Source of the DNA: Bdellovibrionaceae bacterium UBA2316
GTDB taxonomy: Bacteria > Bdellovibrionota > Bdellovibrionia > Bdellovibrionales > Bdellovibrionaceae
Reading direction: 5' to 3'
Assembly: GCA_002345205.1 (NCBI GenBank)
Contig: DDVI01000089.1
Coordinates: 11,008 to 75,007, forward strand
DNA: 64,000 bases
The notes below the pieces were generated by a model that saw only the letters and a list, made by a program, of their open reading frames with translations, made no database searches and had not been told where the DNA came from. The position numbers and the translations under genes are program-made. This document shows positions 10,410 through 18,888 of the stretch, piece after piece. The number at the start of each line of letters is the position of its first letter. Position 1 is the first letter of the stretch.

Positions 10410-11411
10410 ATGAGAACGATCTCCATCACCGGCACTGGCATGTATGCCCCTGAACGCGTTATTAAGAATTCATATTTTGATGAACTCTATAAAAAAGATA
10501 TCGGCACATTTTTGCAAAAAAGCCGCAACATTTCTGAACGTCGATGGATGACCGAAGAGCAAACTACAAGTGATTTAATCCTTCCAGCCGCTGAAGAAGC
10601 GATGAAAAATGCGGGTATTTCTGCTAAAGATTTAGACTTAATTATCGTTGCCACGGACACGCCGGACTATCTGTCTCCTTCAACGGCATCCGTGGTTTCT
10701 CATAAACTACAGGCTTTAAAAGCCGGAACATTTGATATCAACACGGCATGTGCTGGTTTCGTGACCGCACTTGAAGTTGGTCAAAAAATGATGAAGACAG
10801 ACAACCAATTTAAATATGTTTTAGTCGTTGGCGCGTACGCGATGAGTAAATGGTTAAATTTTGACGATTATAAAATTGCTTCATTATTTGCAGACGGCGC
10901 AGGGGCCGCAATTTTGACGGATGCTCCAGCGGGAACACAAGGCTTCTTAGCCTCAACGTTCTACACAGATGCTCAATATCACGATTACATGGGGATTTAC
11001 GCTGGCGGCAGCTACAAACCCGTGACTCATGACGTGATTGAAAAGAAAGAACATCTATTATCTTTTCCTAAACGTATTCCACCGGAAACTAACGGTATAC
11101 ACTGGCCACGCTTAACAAATATTATTCTAGATAAGATTCAAAAACGTCCCGAAGATATCAAGCACTTTTTCATGACTCAGTTTAACGTTCAAAGTATTTA
11201 CGAAACAATGGACACACTAAAATTACCTCGTGAAAAAGCGCACTACATCATGGATCGCTTCGGGTACACAGGCTCCGCTTCAATTGGTATGTGTATGGCC
11301 GATGCGGCTCGCCAGCATAAAGTTAAAAAAGGTGATTTAGTTCTGATGTTAGGTTCTGGTGGTGGTATGTCTATGGTCGCCATCGCTATGGAATGGGGAT
11401 TTAATACGTAA
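10410..11411 (+). CDS. KAS III (FabH)-like thiolase-fold protein with a non-canonical catalytic triad
   Basis: It aligns colinearly by eye with E. coli FabH. The nucleophile Cys is kept in NTACAGF. PHQAN is replaced by MTQFN and HGNTSAAS by FGYTGSAS (see findings). I chose the start at ATG 10410; the track has TTG 10392. Confidence 0.8.
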   Translation: MRTISITGTGMYAPERVIKNSYFDELYKKDIGTFLQKSRNISERRWMTEEQTTSDLILPAAEEAMKNAGISAKDLDLIIVATDTPDYLSPSTASVVSHKLQALKAGTFDINTACAGFVTALEVGQKMMKTDNQFKYVLVVGAYAMSKWLNFDDYKIASLFADGAGAAILTDAPAGTQGFLASTFYTDAQYHDYMGIYAGGSYKPVTHDVIEKKEHLLSFPKRIPPETNGIHWPRLTNIILDKIQKRPEDIKHFFMTQFNVQSIYETMDTLKLPREKAHYIMDRFGYTGSASIGMCMADAARQHKVKKGDLVLMLGSGGGMSMVAIAMEWGFNT

Positions 11412-11432
11412 TTCGTCTTTTTAGGGGGGACA

Positions 11433-12956
11433 ATGATTGCGGAATTGGATTGGTTAAAAAAATGGAGCCTGTACGCACCAAAAACGACAGCTGTTGTTGA
11501 TGGCGACACCGGCCGAGAATTCACTTATCGCGAACTTTACGATATCTCCCAAAAAGGTGCGGACCTACTAAGCTCTAAATTCCAAGTCACGCGTGGTGAC
11601 CGCGTCGCTATTATTTCCACTAACGAACTTGAATATATTTTTCTACTCTTTGCATTGAAACGATTGGGCGCCATCCTTGTCCCAATTAATTTTCGCCTGA
11701 CTCAACGTGAAGTTGAGCACATTGTTGGCGATTGCGGTCCAAAGGTTATTATCTACCAAGATGCTTACGCGGATATCATTAATCAACTACCTAGCGCTAT
11801 TAAACCGAAACCCTACTCAATGGATCAGTGGACGTCTGATCTGGGAACTTTGAACGCGAAAACTCATTATGCCGAAGGCGTTAAAGAGCGCGAGTTCGTT
11901 AGCGACCCTGCCGATCCGGCCATGATTATCTACACTTCAGGTACTACCGGATCGCCTAAAGGCGCAATTCTTTCTCACGAAATGTTATTTTGGAATTCAA
12001 TCAATACCAGCTTGAGACTGAATATTTCCCAATCGGACACTACCGTTATCTTTCTTCCGTTCTTTCATACGGGCGGCTTGAATGTGTTAACAACGCCCTT
12101 TTTTCACCGTGGCGCCAAACTCATTTTCATCAAGAAATTTGACGGCGATCAAATTTTAAAGCTTTCTGAATCCCACAAAGCGACGCTGTTATTTGGTGTT
12201 CCCACGACTATGGATATGATGTCTCGATCAGATATTTTCAAAAATGTAGATCTGTCGACATTACGTTATGCCATTGTTGGTGGCGAGCCAATGCCGGTGG
12301 ACTTGATTCATAAATGGCATGATAAAGGGATTCCAATACGCCAGGGCTACGGCTTAACTGAATTTGGTCCCAATGTATTTTCACTCAATCAAGAAGACGC
12401 GATCAGAAAAATCGGCTCAATTGGTTTTGCAAATTTCTATTCTGAAGCAAAGATCGTCGACGACGATGGCAAAGAACTGGGCGCAGAACAAATTGGCGAG
12501 TTAGTCCTTAAGGGTCATATGTGCATGACCGGCTACTGGAAAAATGAAAAAGCCACTAAAGAAACGATCAAAGACGGTTGGCTGCATACCGGAGATTTAG
12601 TTAAAAAAGATAGCGAAGGCTACTTTTACGTCGTGGGTCGCAAAAAAGACATGTATAAATCGGGGGGTGAAAATGTTTATCCTACCGAACTAGAACAAGT
12701 TATGCGACACTTACCCGGAGTTCGGGAAGTTGCTGTTGTGGGCGTACCTGATCCAAAATGGGGGGAAGTTGGCAAAGCTTTCATCGTTAAGGAATCAGCC
12801 TCAACCGACCTAACGATTGAAAAAATTAACGACTACTGCGCTAAGAATTTAGCTAAGTTTAAGATCCCTAAGTACTTTGTTTTTGTTCACGACTTGCCCA
12901 AAGGGGATTCTGGCAAAATTTTGAAACGCAAACTTTTAGAATTATATCCTAGTTAA
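11433..12956 (+). CDS. AMP-dependent acyl-CoA synthetase/ligase (ANL superfamily)
   Basis: It carries the motifs IYTSGTTGSPKG, GYGLTE, TGD and GRKKDMYKSGGENV. An AGGGGGG Shine-Dalgarno lies upstream. Confidence 0.9.
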   Translation: MIAELDWLKKWSLYAPKTTAVVDGDTGREFTYRELYDISQKGADLLSSKFQVTRGDRVAIISTNELEYIFLLFALKRLGAILVPINFRLTQREVEHIVGDCGPKVIIYQDAYADIINQLPSAIKPKPYSMDQWTSDLGTLNAKTHYAEGVKEREFVSDPADPAMIIYTSGTTGSPKGAILSHEMLFWNSINTSLRLNISQSDTTVIFLPFFHTGGLNVLTTPFFHRGAKLIFIKKFDGDQILKLSESHKATLLFGVPTTMDMMSRSDIFKNVDLSTLRYAIVGGEPMPVDLIHKWHDKGIPIRQGYGLTEFGPNVFSLNQEDAIRKIGSIGFANFYSEAKIVDDDGKELGAEQIGELVLKGHMCMTGYWKNEKATKETIKDGWLHTGDLVKKDSEGYFYVVGRKKDMYKSGGENVYPTELEQVMRHLPGVREVAVVGVPDPKWGEVGKAFIVKESASTDLTIEKINDYCAKNLAKFKIPKYFVFVHDLPKGDSGKILKRKLLELYPS

Positions 12957-13016
12957 AACTCAGACGGCGCCGGCCTAAGATTAGCGACAACTAGGAAAAA
13001 TTCCGAGATGAGCTAA

Positions 13017-13445
13017 TTGAAGAACTTAAGTTTATCACAACGAATTTCTGTCTATTTGTTTTTGGTTGTCAGTATATCTACATTTATACTGAGCTCGGCC
13101 TTTTTCGTTGTTTTACGTAGCCAAAGTGAAGACGAATTCAAAGTTCAAACAGACGAAGTGCTCAGCAACATCAGCCGTTATTACCAAATGCCCATTTGGA
13201 ATCTGGATTTCAATGCTATTTCAGAAGTGACCGATACCTGGCTTCAGACTCGTTCTGGCGTTTTAGCTATTAATATTACTGACGAAGTCGGTGGACCGAT
13301 TATTCAGAAAACAAAAAACAATCAATCGCTAGAGAGCCTTACCAAGCTGCCCCATACGCTATTAAGAAAAGGCAAAATCATCCATGACGAAAAACAGCAT
13401 ATTGGCTACATTGAAGTGTTGTTCTCAAGAAAGTCTTTCCTATAA
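13017..13445 (+). CDS. Small membrane-anchored protein; possibly a truncated N-terminal sensor-domain remnant
   Basis: 142 aa with one N-terminal TM helix and then a periplasmic-type domain. It ends abruptly (…IGYIEVLFSRKSFL) where sensor proteins normally continue into a second TM and a transmitter. Its 3' end overlaps a convergent ORF by 68 nt. Confidence 0.35.
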   Translation: MKNLSLSQRISVYLFLVVSISTFILSSAFFVVLRSQSEDEFKVQTDEVLSNISRYYQMPIWNLDFNAISEVTDTWLQTRSGVLAINITDEVGGPIIQKTKNNQSLESLTKLPHTLLRKGKIIHDEKQHIGYIEVLFSRKSFL

Positions 13446-13935
13446 AGAAAGCCGCTAATAAAATAAGAACACCCACTACCCTGTTAATAAAGAGAATGTG
13501 ACCCAAAGTTATGCTTATTCCAAAAAAATACATAATGGGGTCAAGTAAAACTTTCTCAAAAGTTCTAAGGTCGATGTCTTTAAAATAATCTAGAACTGTT
13601 TCGTAAACTGAAAGATCGCTACTTATAATAACGGGAAGTAGGTCTATTCGGCCATTAACTATGCCTTTCATTAGAACAAAAATAAAATATATGGATGCGA
13701 AAATAACACCTGTGCTTATCCATTTCGTTCTTCGATCTAGTTCGGTCACAAAATTTTTATTGGAAAAAAGCAGCTTGAAAAAATAGAAAATTAATAGATA
13801 CAATGCGCAGCCGCTTAACAATTTAAACCATTCATTTTCAATATAATAAAATACCGTTTGTCCATTTTGATAAACCAAAATGACTAACACTGAATACATT
13901 AGAAAAAGAACTAACCCGCTTAATTTTTGAAGCAT
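13378..13935 (-). CDS. Hypothetical integral membrane protein
   Basis: 185 aa with several hydrophobic helices. No family recognised. Confidence 0.4.
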   Translation of the reverse strand: MLQKLSGLVLFLMYSVLVILVYQNGQTVFYYIENEWFKLLSGCALYLLIFYFFKLLFSNKNFVTELDRRTKWISTGVIFASIYFIFVLMKGIVNGRIDLLPVIISSDLSVYETVLDYFKDIDLRTFEKVLLDPIMYFFGISITLGHILFINRVVGVLILLAAFFIGKTFLRTTLQCSQYAVFRHG

Positions 13936-14048
13936 TATAATACTGGTTCGATCTTGGATTTAATTGTGAAAAAAAGGAATAGATGTTGCACCACTGACGC
14001 ATTAGGCCAACAGTTGTTGTCAGCACTTTCCTGGTTCACTATATTAAT

Positions 14049-14606
14049 GTGCAAACAGAAAATACTCTTGAGAAACCCATTACCGAGATAGAAGACTATA
14101 AAATTCTAGTCTATGACTTACATTCGTCTGCGCTCGCAACTGATGCTATGGGCCTTCTTTCTCAGGATGCGGTTTTCAATTACGACGATGCCGCAAATAT
14201 TTGGGGTGAACTAAACCCTGCATTATTTGACTTGCAACAAAAAATTATTTCTCTTAGTCAGGTCTACCAAAGTAAATTTGTACAAGATTCAGAACGCGAA
14301 ATAGAAAGTTTCGATGGATGGTATGTGAGTACCGCAACCTCTAATACGCATTTGCAAAAGCATCATCATCGCGGTCATTCGGACATAAATTGCCTTTATT
14401 ATGTTTACGCAGATATGCAGGATCCTGGTCCAATTGAAATTTATTTAGAAACTGACGAAAATAGCGCACCTCATGAGGAACATTATCTATTTAAACCTTT
14501 TCCAGGAGCCCTTATTTTTTTCCCTGGAGCTAGTCCTCACCGCGTTAGACCGTATGAACGCCTTCGTTTAACAGTGGCCACCAATATCAAATTGAAAAGC
14601 AAATAA
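14049..14606 (+). CDS. 2OG-Fe(II) oxygenase-like protein (PF13759/TIGR02466-like)
   Basis: The motif layout is HHHRGHSDINCLYYVYA ... GALIFFPGASPHRVRPY ... RLTVATNIK. This matches the H-x-H ... FP..H.V.P ... R.s.s.N pattern I recall for that family. It is a paralogue of 16090..16671. Confidence 0.55.
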   Translation: MQTENTLEKPITEIEDYKILVYDLHSSALATDAMGLLSQDAVFNYDDAANIWGELNPALFDLQQKIISLSQVYQSKFVQDSEREIESFDGWYVSTATSNTHLQKHHHRGHSDINCLYYVYADMQDPGPIEIYLETDENSAPHEEHYLFKPFPGALIFFPGASPHRVRPYERLRLTVATNIKLKSK

Positions 14607-14654
14607 TCCCTTAAAATTGCGGTTGAGTTTTTTAAAATAGCGGACGAATATAAA

Positions 14655-15395
14655 GTGATGACGGGAAAAAAAACAGTTTCAACTTTTATATTAGCTTTCC
14701 TTACTGCGAGTCTGGTTTTAGCCCAAACGAAACCAACGCCGCCCAAACCGGTACCGGCTCCTAAGGCACCTGCGCCTCCGCAGGCCGAAGTTAGCCCATT
14801 TGAAAAAAGAACGTTCGCAGAAGGCGAGATAGCTGAAATCAGCTCTATCGCTGGTGGCGGAAATTTAAGAGCTATCGGAATTGCCACTAAATCTATACAA
14901 ATGACCGTTTCCAAACCCAAAGCGGGGACTCGCTGCCAGCTGCAGATTTTTCAAACTCCAGAATCTGTTTTAATGGTTAAGTCTGCCAGCGCCAGTAATG
15001 AGCGATGTATAATGGATGGTGAAATTTCGGTTCCTGCCGATGTCAGCTATAAGGCATCTGCAGAAGAAGGTAATTTAAACATCACAGGCGTAAAATTAGT
15101 ATCTGAAGTCAGCATGGGTTCGGGAGATATTCTTTTAGATGGAATTGGCTCTAATGCAGAAGTTACTATCAGAAGAGGCTCGGTCGTATTAGATCGCGCA
15201 ACTGTCGGCGCTAAAATTACGGTTCAGGATAGCGCTAACGTACGATGCAATTTTTCGTCAACTCCGGCGACAGGGATATTAATGATTGAATCCCGCGGCG
15301 GATCGGTCGATATAAATCTTCCTAAGGCAACTGCTTCCAGTTTTGGCATTAATTTTAAAATAGAATCTGGCGATTTTTCCATTAAGCGATTTTAA
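14655..15395 (+). CDS. Secreted beta-rich protein (DUF4097/putative-adhesin-like), Pro-rich linker after the signal peptide
   Basis: It has a signal peptide (…SLVLAQT), then KPTPPKPVPAPKAPAPPQ, then repetitive G-x-(I/V)-x-(I/V) strands. Its C-terminal ...SGDFSIKRF resembles the ...NGEFKIKRN tail of 26840..27544. Confidence 0.6.
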   Translation: MMTGKKTVSTFILAFLTASLVLAQTKPTPPKPVPAPKAPAPPQAEVSPFEKRTFAEGEIAEISSIAGGGNLRAIGIATKSIQMTVSKPKAGTRCQLQIFQTPESVLMVKSASASNERCIMDGEISVPADVSYKASAEEGNLNITGVKLVSEVSMGSGDILLDGIGSNAEVTIRRGSVVLDRATVGAKITVQDSANVRCNFSSTPATGILMIESRGGSVDINLPKATASSFGINFKIESGDFSIKRF

Positions 15396-15400
15396 AAATT

Positions 15401-16090
15401 ATGATTTCAAATCGGGAATACTTTAGAAATATTAACCAAAGTATCCATCCTCTAGCAGAGGAAGTAACGATTTGTCGTGGCGGCGTCGAAGAGAATCTGT
15501 TTGATGCCCGTACGGCGCCAACCGAGCTTCTGGCTCGCTTCACAGAAGAACTAGGACTAAATTTTGGAATTGGCGTAGATATTAGCCGTCTACAGCAATT
15601 CAGTTTTCAAGCCGCGGACGGGATTAGTTATTTTGAAGATAAGCTCATGGCCGTCTATTCAGGTGGCACATCGGAATATTTAAATTATTCATTTAATATA
15701 AAGCAGCCTCACGATGACTACTGCGTGAATTTTTATTTAGATAGCAGAAAATCGGCCGCTAAGTTTTATGACCTAGATATCGATTCTTATGCAAAGCCTA
15801 CTCTTCCAGAAGGGTCCACATTTGCATCTCCGTTTGGACATGGGATCGCTCCAGACAGTAATCGGCAGGATGTTTACTTTTGCCATCCCGATTTACACTA
15901 TGTTGCGCGATTTTTTAGTTTACCGGCACCAACGGTTCCAGAATTAGCTACTATAGATCAAAACCTGTCCGTTATTAAAGTTTTTGGTCTTTCTTATGAT
16001 GCTAATTCTTTAAAACCATTAAAACTAAAAAGATATTTCTATCCACAAGATCCAAATATGACCTATATTTTGTTCGATGAGGTTCAATAA
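15401..16090 (+). CDS. Hypothetical protein (229 aa)
   Basis: A long ORF in the operon frame, 6 nt after the previous gene and sharing TAATG with the next. No family recognised. Confidence 0.6.
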   Translation: MISNREYFRNINQSIHPLAEEVTICRGGVEENLFDARTAPTELLARFTEELGLNFGIGVDISRLQQFSFQAADGISYFEDKLMAVYSGGTSEYLNYSFNIKQPHDDYCVNFYLDSRKSAAKFYDLDIDSYAKPTLPEGSTFASPFGHGIAPDSNRQDVYFCHPDLHYVARFFSLPAPTVPELATIDQNLSVIKVFGLSYDANSLKPLKLKRYFYPQDPNMTYILFDEVQ

Positions 16091-16671
16091 TGAGTGCCAC
16101 TTATTTTGAAGGATTTCCCGTAGTAGCCTATGACCTAGCGGCGTATGAAAGTATGCTAAAACCCTTTTGCGACTTTATGTTATCTGCCGAAGGCGAGAAA
16201 TTTACATTAGGAGATGATTACGAAACAGATCGAGTAAATATTTGGGATCTAGATATCGATGCCGTTCGTTTAATGTCGGCAGTCTTTGATACTCATTGTT
16301 TGCAGTACTTAGAAGAAATGCATCCTCAGTATAAAGGTAAAAAATTAAATTATGTTCTAGAAAAAGATGCTTGGCTGACTACCCCGGAAACAAAACAACA
16401 TGTACGTATTCATAATCATTTACCACCTTTTATTCGGGCCGAAGACGCCGGTGAGCTGGTCACTGTTTTTTACGTCCATCTGGATGAAACCATAAATATG
16501 AATAATGGCCCACTTGAACTTTTCCATTCACCCGATTTGAAACCGGCTCATATTTGGTTGCCAAAAACTTATAATTTGATTCTGATGACACCTCAGGTGT
16601 GGCATCGAGCGCGTCCTTTTACGGGTAAACGATACTCTTTAGCGACCGATATCAAAGTGCGAACAGCGTAA
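16090..16671 (+). CDS. 2OG-Fe(II) oxygenase-like protein (PF13759/TIGR02466-like)
   Basis: The motifs are IHNHLPP...VTVFYVHL ... LILMTPQVWHRARPF ... RYSLATDIK. The arrangement is the same as in 14049..14606. Confidence 0.6.
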   Translation: MSATYFEGFPVVAYDLAAYESMLKPFCDFMLSAEGEKFTLGDDYETDRVNIWDLDIDAVRLMSAVFDTHCLQYLEEMHPQYKGKKLNYVLEKDAWLTTPETKQHVRIHNHLPPFIRAEDAGELVTVFYVHLDETINMNNGPLELFHSPDLKPAHIWLPKTYNLILMTPQVWHRARPFTGKRYSLATDIKVRTA

Positions 16672-16683
16672 AGTAGGATTTAG

Positions 16684-17721
16684 ATGTTTCACGTTTTTGA
16701 AAGTATCTATTTTGATTTTCACCACGGGATTTCCGATCACGGTTATGATCGGATCGTCATCGGCAAATCAGAATTATTTTCCGCACAAGACTACGCATCG
16801 TTTACAGAATTTGTCGAAAAAGAACTTAATGGCAAACCTTCTGATTTTTGGCGATTTTTGCGTTCATATCCCCGAAAATCCTCGCGCCTGATAGTGTATT
16901 TAGAGGCGAATCAATTATTAGAATTGCAGCTAGAACTTTGGAAAAATATTTTGCCACATGCTTCAAATGATACTTTAGTTCAACTCCACAAAACCTACCT
17001 TGAAGACTGTAAATTTCGAAGGTTCCTATCGACAAATGTGGAAAGTGAGAAATCAAAGCAAGGCTACTCGATGCTCAAGCCTTTCGATACGGTCACTCTG
17101 GAACAAGTTATTCAGAAAATTTCACCTATACCTTTCCTTAAAGAGCTAAAAAAAGAAGAACTCAGTTTCGAGTACCAACTGAGCGAATTTTTACTGAATC
17201 CAAATTCACCGATAAAGGCTTGCGTTTTAGACAAGGTGCGGCATTTTACGTGGTCTAATTGGCTGGCCGAGCTTGAAATATTAAAAGGCGATATTCTGAA
17301 CGGAATTATAGACGTAAATCGCCTTCTTCCTGATGATTCGCATATTGATGTCAGCGACCCGACGCTGCTATTTCACCAAATTATTGGCCACCCTTATCTG
17401 AGCTGGGTCACGGATCTTGAATTTTACTCTAGCAATTATGATTTTATCGAGCGAAGCTACGATAAAAATATTTTTAAAAAGATCTACGAGCGATTTTATA
17501 GCTTATGGCAAGTAAATGGCGAGGATATGAGCGAGCTTATTGATCTGATATACTCCCATCAATATGAAAAATTACTTTATCGCGACATTCAAAGAAGCTT
17601 TGGTTGCGTGTATTCGGCCGGGCGATTTCGCAATCGTATGAATCAAATTTTAATTTCCTGGATTTACTCTATGAAACGAGCCAATAACACGGCCGCGTTA
17701 AAGTCGTTAAGTCTTAGTTAA
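16684..17721 (+). CDS. Hypothetical protein, 'MFHxF' family (paralogue of 30735..31832)
   Basis: It shares blocks with the 30735 product: MFHVF/MFHFF, RIVIGKS/RVIGSR, ELSFEYQLSEFLLNPNSP/TLSFEYHLANHFYNPNGP, QRSFGCVYS/QRFGSIFA and ISWIYSMKRANNT/ISYILEKVRANKT. Confidence 0.65.
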   Translation: MFHVFESIYFDFHHGISDHGYDRIVIGKSELFSAQDYASFTEFVEKELNGKPSDFWRFLRSYPRKSSRLIVYLEANQLLELQLELWKNILPHASNDTLVQLHKTYLEDCKFRRFLSTNVESEKSKQGYSMLKPFDTVTLEQVIQKISPIPFLKELKKEELSFEYQLSEFLLNPNSPIKACVLDKVRHFTWSNWLAELEILKGDILNGIIDVNRLLPDDSHIDVSDPTLLFHQIIGHPYLSWVTDLEFYSSNYDFIERSYDKNIFKKIYERFYSLWQVNGEDMSELIDLIYSHQYEKLLYRDIQRSFGCVYSAGRFRNRMNQILISWIYSMKRANNTAALKSLSLS

Positions 17722-17817
17722 TTTATTTAATCCTTTATATTTATGACCCAAAAAACAGATGTATTTGATTTCCAAATAGGTTAGCGTTTTCTTTGAATTG
17801 TGCCCAGGGGAGGGTTC

Positions 17818-18888
17818 TTGAGTAAGGATCTAATTGTATATTTGAAAACTACAGATACTTGCCAACTAAATTGCGATCATTGTTTTACTAATGGTCAAAA
17901 TGGAAAAAAAGGTTGGTTCGACGTACCCAAGACAATTGATTTCTTCCAAAGGCTGAAGAAATACCAGCCTCACTATGATCAAGGCCACTTTGCCTTGCAT
18001 GGTGGTGAACCCATGCTATGTCCGCCCGAACTTTTATTTGAAGCTTGGCATGGAATCAAAGATTTATGGCCAAAACTATGGTGGACAGTTCAGACTAACC
18101 TTACCTATTCTTTGACTGATGATAAATTAAAAGTCTTCGATCAAATTTGCAATAAAGTGATAGGCACGTCATGGGATTACGGAATTCGCTGGAAAAGTCC
18201 TAAACAAAAAGAACTTTGGGCAAAAAACGTAAAACAACTGACTAGCACTGGCCATAAAGTCACCGTGATGGTCAGTCTAAATAAAAAACTAATCCAAGAA
18301 AAAGAGCCAATCGATATTATTAACGAGTGTGCCGAGCTTGGCATTCAGTACATAAACTTCGAACGTATTACAAATGCGGGCAATGCGTCTCTTAATTCAA
18401 GCGTCTTTCCGTCGAATAAAGAACTCGATGCTTGGATAATGAAAATGTGGCATCAAACGCAAGAGCACCGAACGTGGGAATATATTTCCAATATGTTCTT
18501 AGACTCCATTTTTACATCTTTAGTATATAATACACATTCTGGCTGCCGCTCGCGACAATGCGAACAAAAAATTCTGACTATTAATGCAGACGGAACCGTT
18601 GGTGGATGCCCTAACGAAGCGACACATAAACATTATGGTCGTATCGATGATACCATAGAAAAACTAATGTATAGTCCGTGTCGCCTATGCAATATTCAAA
18701 GCGAAGCGGTACGCAACGATGTATGCAATACCTGCCCGGTCTACGATATTTGTAATGGCGATTGCCACCAGTTAGCTTGGCAAGATGATGTATGCGCGGC
18801 TCCTCGCAGCCTGATGGTCCATTTGCGCGAGCGCAATGACCAGACCCTTTACAAAGAAATTATGAATGGATTCATGGGGCAAGAATGA
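17818..18888 (+). CDS. Radical SAM enzyme with complete SPASM domain
   Basis: It has a CQLNCDHC (Cx3Cx2C) cluster, an LHGGEPML SAM motif, and a full SPASM signature: CEQKILTINADGTVGGC (Cx10Gx4C) plus CNTCPVYDICNGDC (Cx2Cx5Cx3C). I chose the start at TTG 17818, which follows a GGGGAGGG Shine-Dalgarno; the track has GTG 17800. Confidence 0.9.
   Translation: MSKDLIVYLKTTDTCQLNCDHCFTNGQNGKKGWFDVPKTIDFFQRLKKYQPHYDQGHFALHGGEPMLCPPELLFEAWHGIKDLWPKLWWTVQTNLTYSLTDDKLKVFDQICNKVIGTSWDYGIRWKSPKQKELWAKNVKQLTSTGHKVTVMVSLNKKLIQEKEPIDIINECAELGIQYINFERITNAGNASLNSSVFPSNKELDAWIMKMWHQTQEHRTWEYISNMFLDSIFTSLVYNTHSGCRSRQCEQKILTINADGTVGGCPNEATHKHYGRIDDTIEKLMYSPCRLCNIQSEAVRNDVCNTCPVYDICNGDCHQLAWQDDVCAAPRSLMVHLRERNDQTLYKEIMNGFMGQE

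Noticed and set aside
17743-17784. A 13-codon mini-ORF (MTQKTDVFDFQIG) in the 78-nt gap before the first rSAM gene, considered as a RiPP precursor.
   Set aside because: It has no Shine-Dalgarno and no Cys or other obvious rSAM target residues, and it is very short. The 202-aa Cys/His-tailed ORF is a far better candidate. It cannot be excluded without comparative data.
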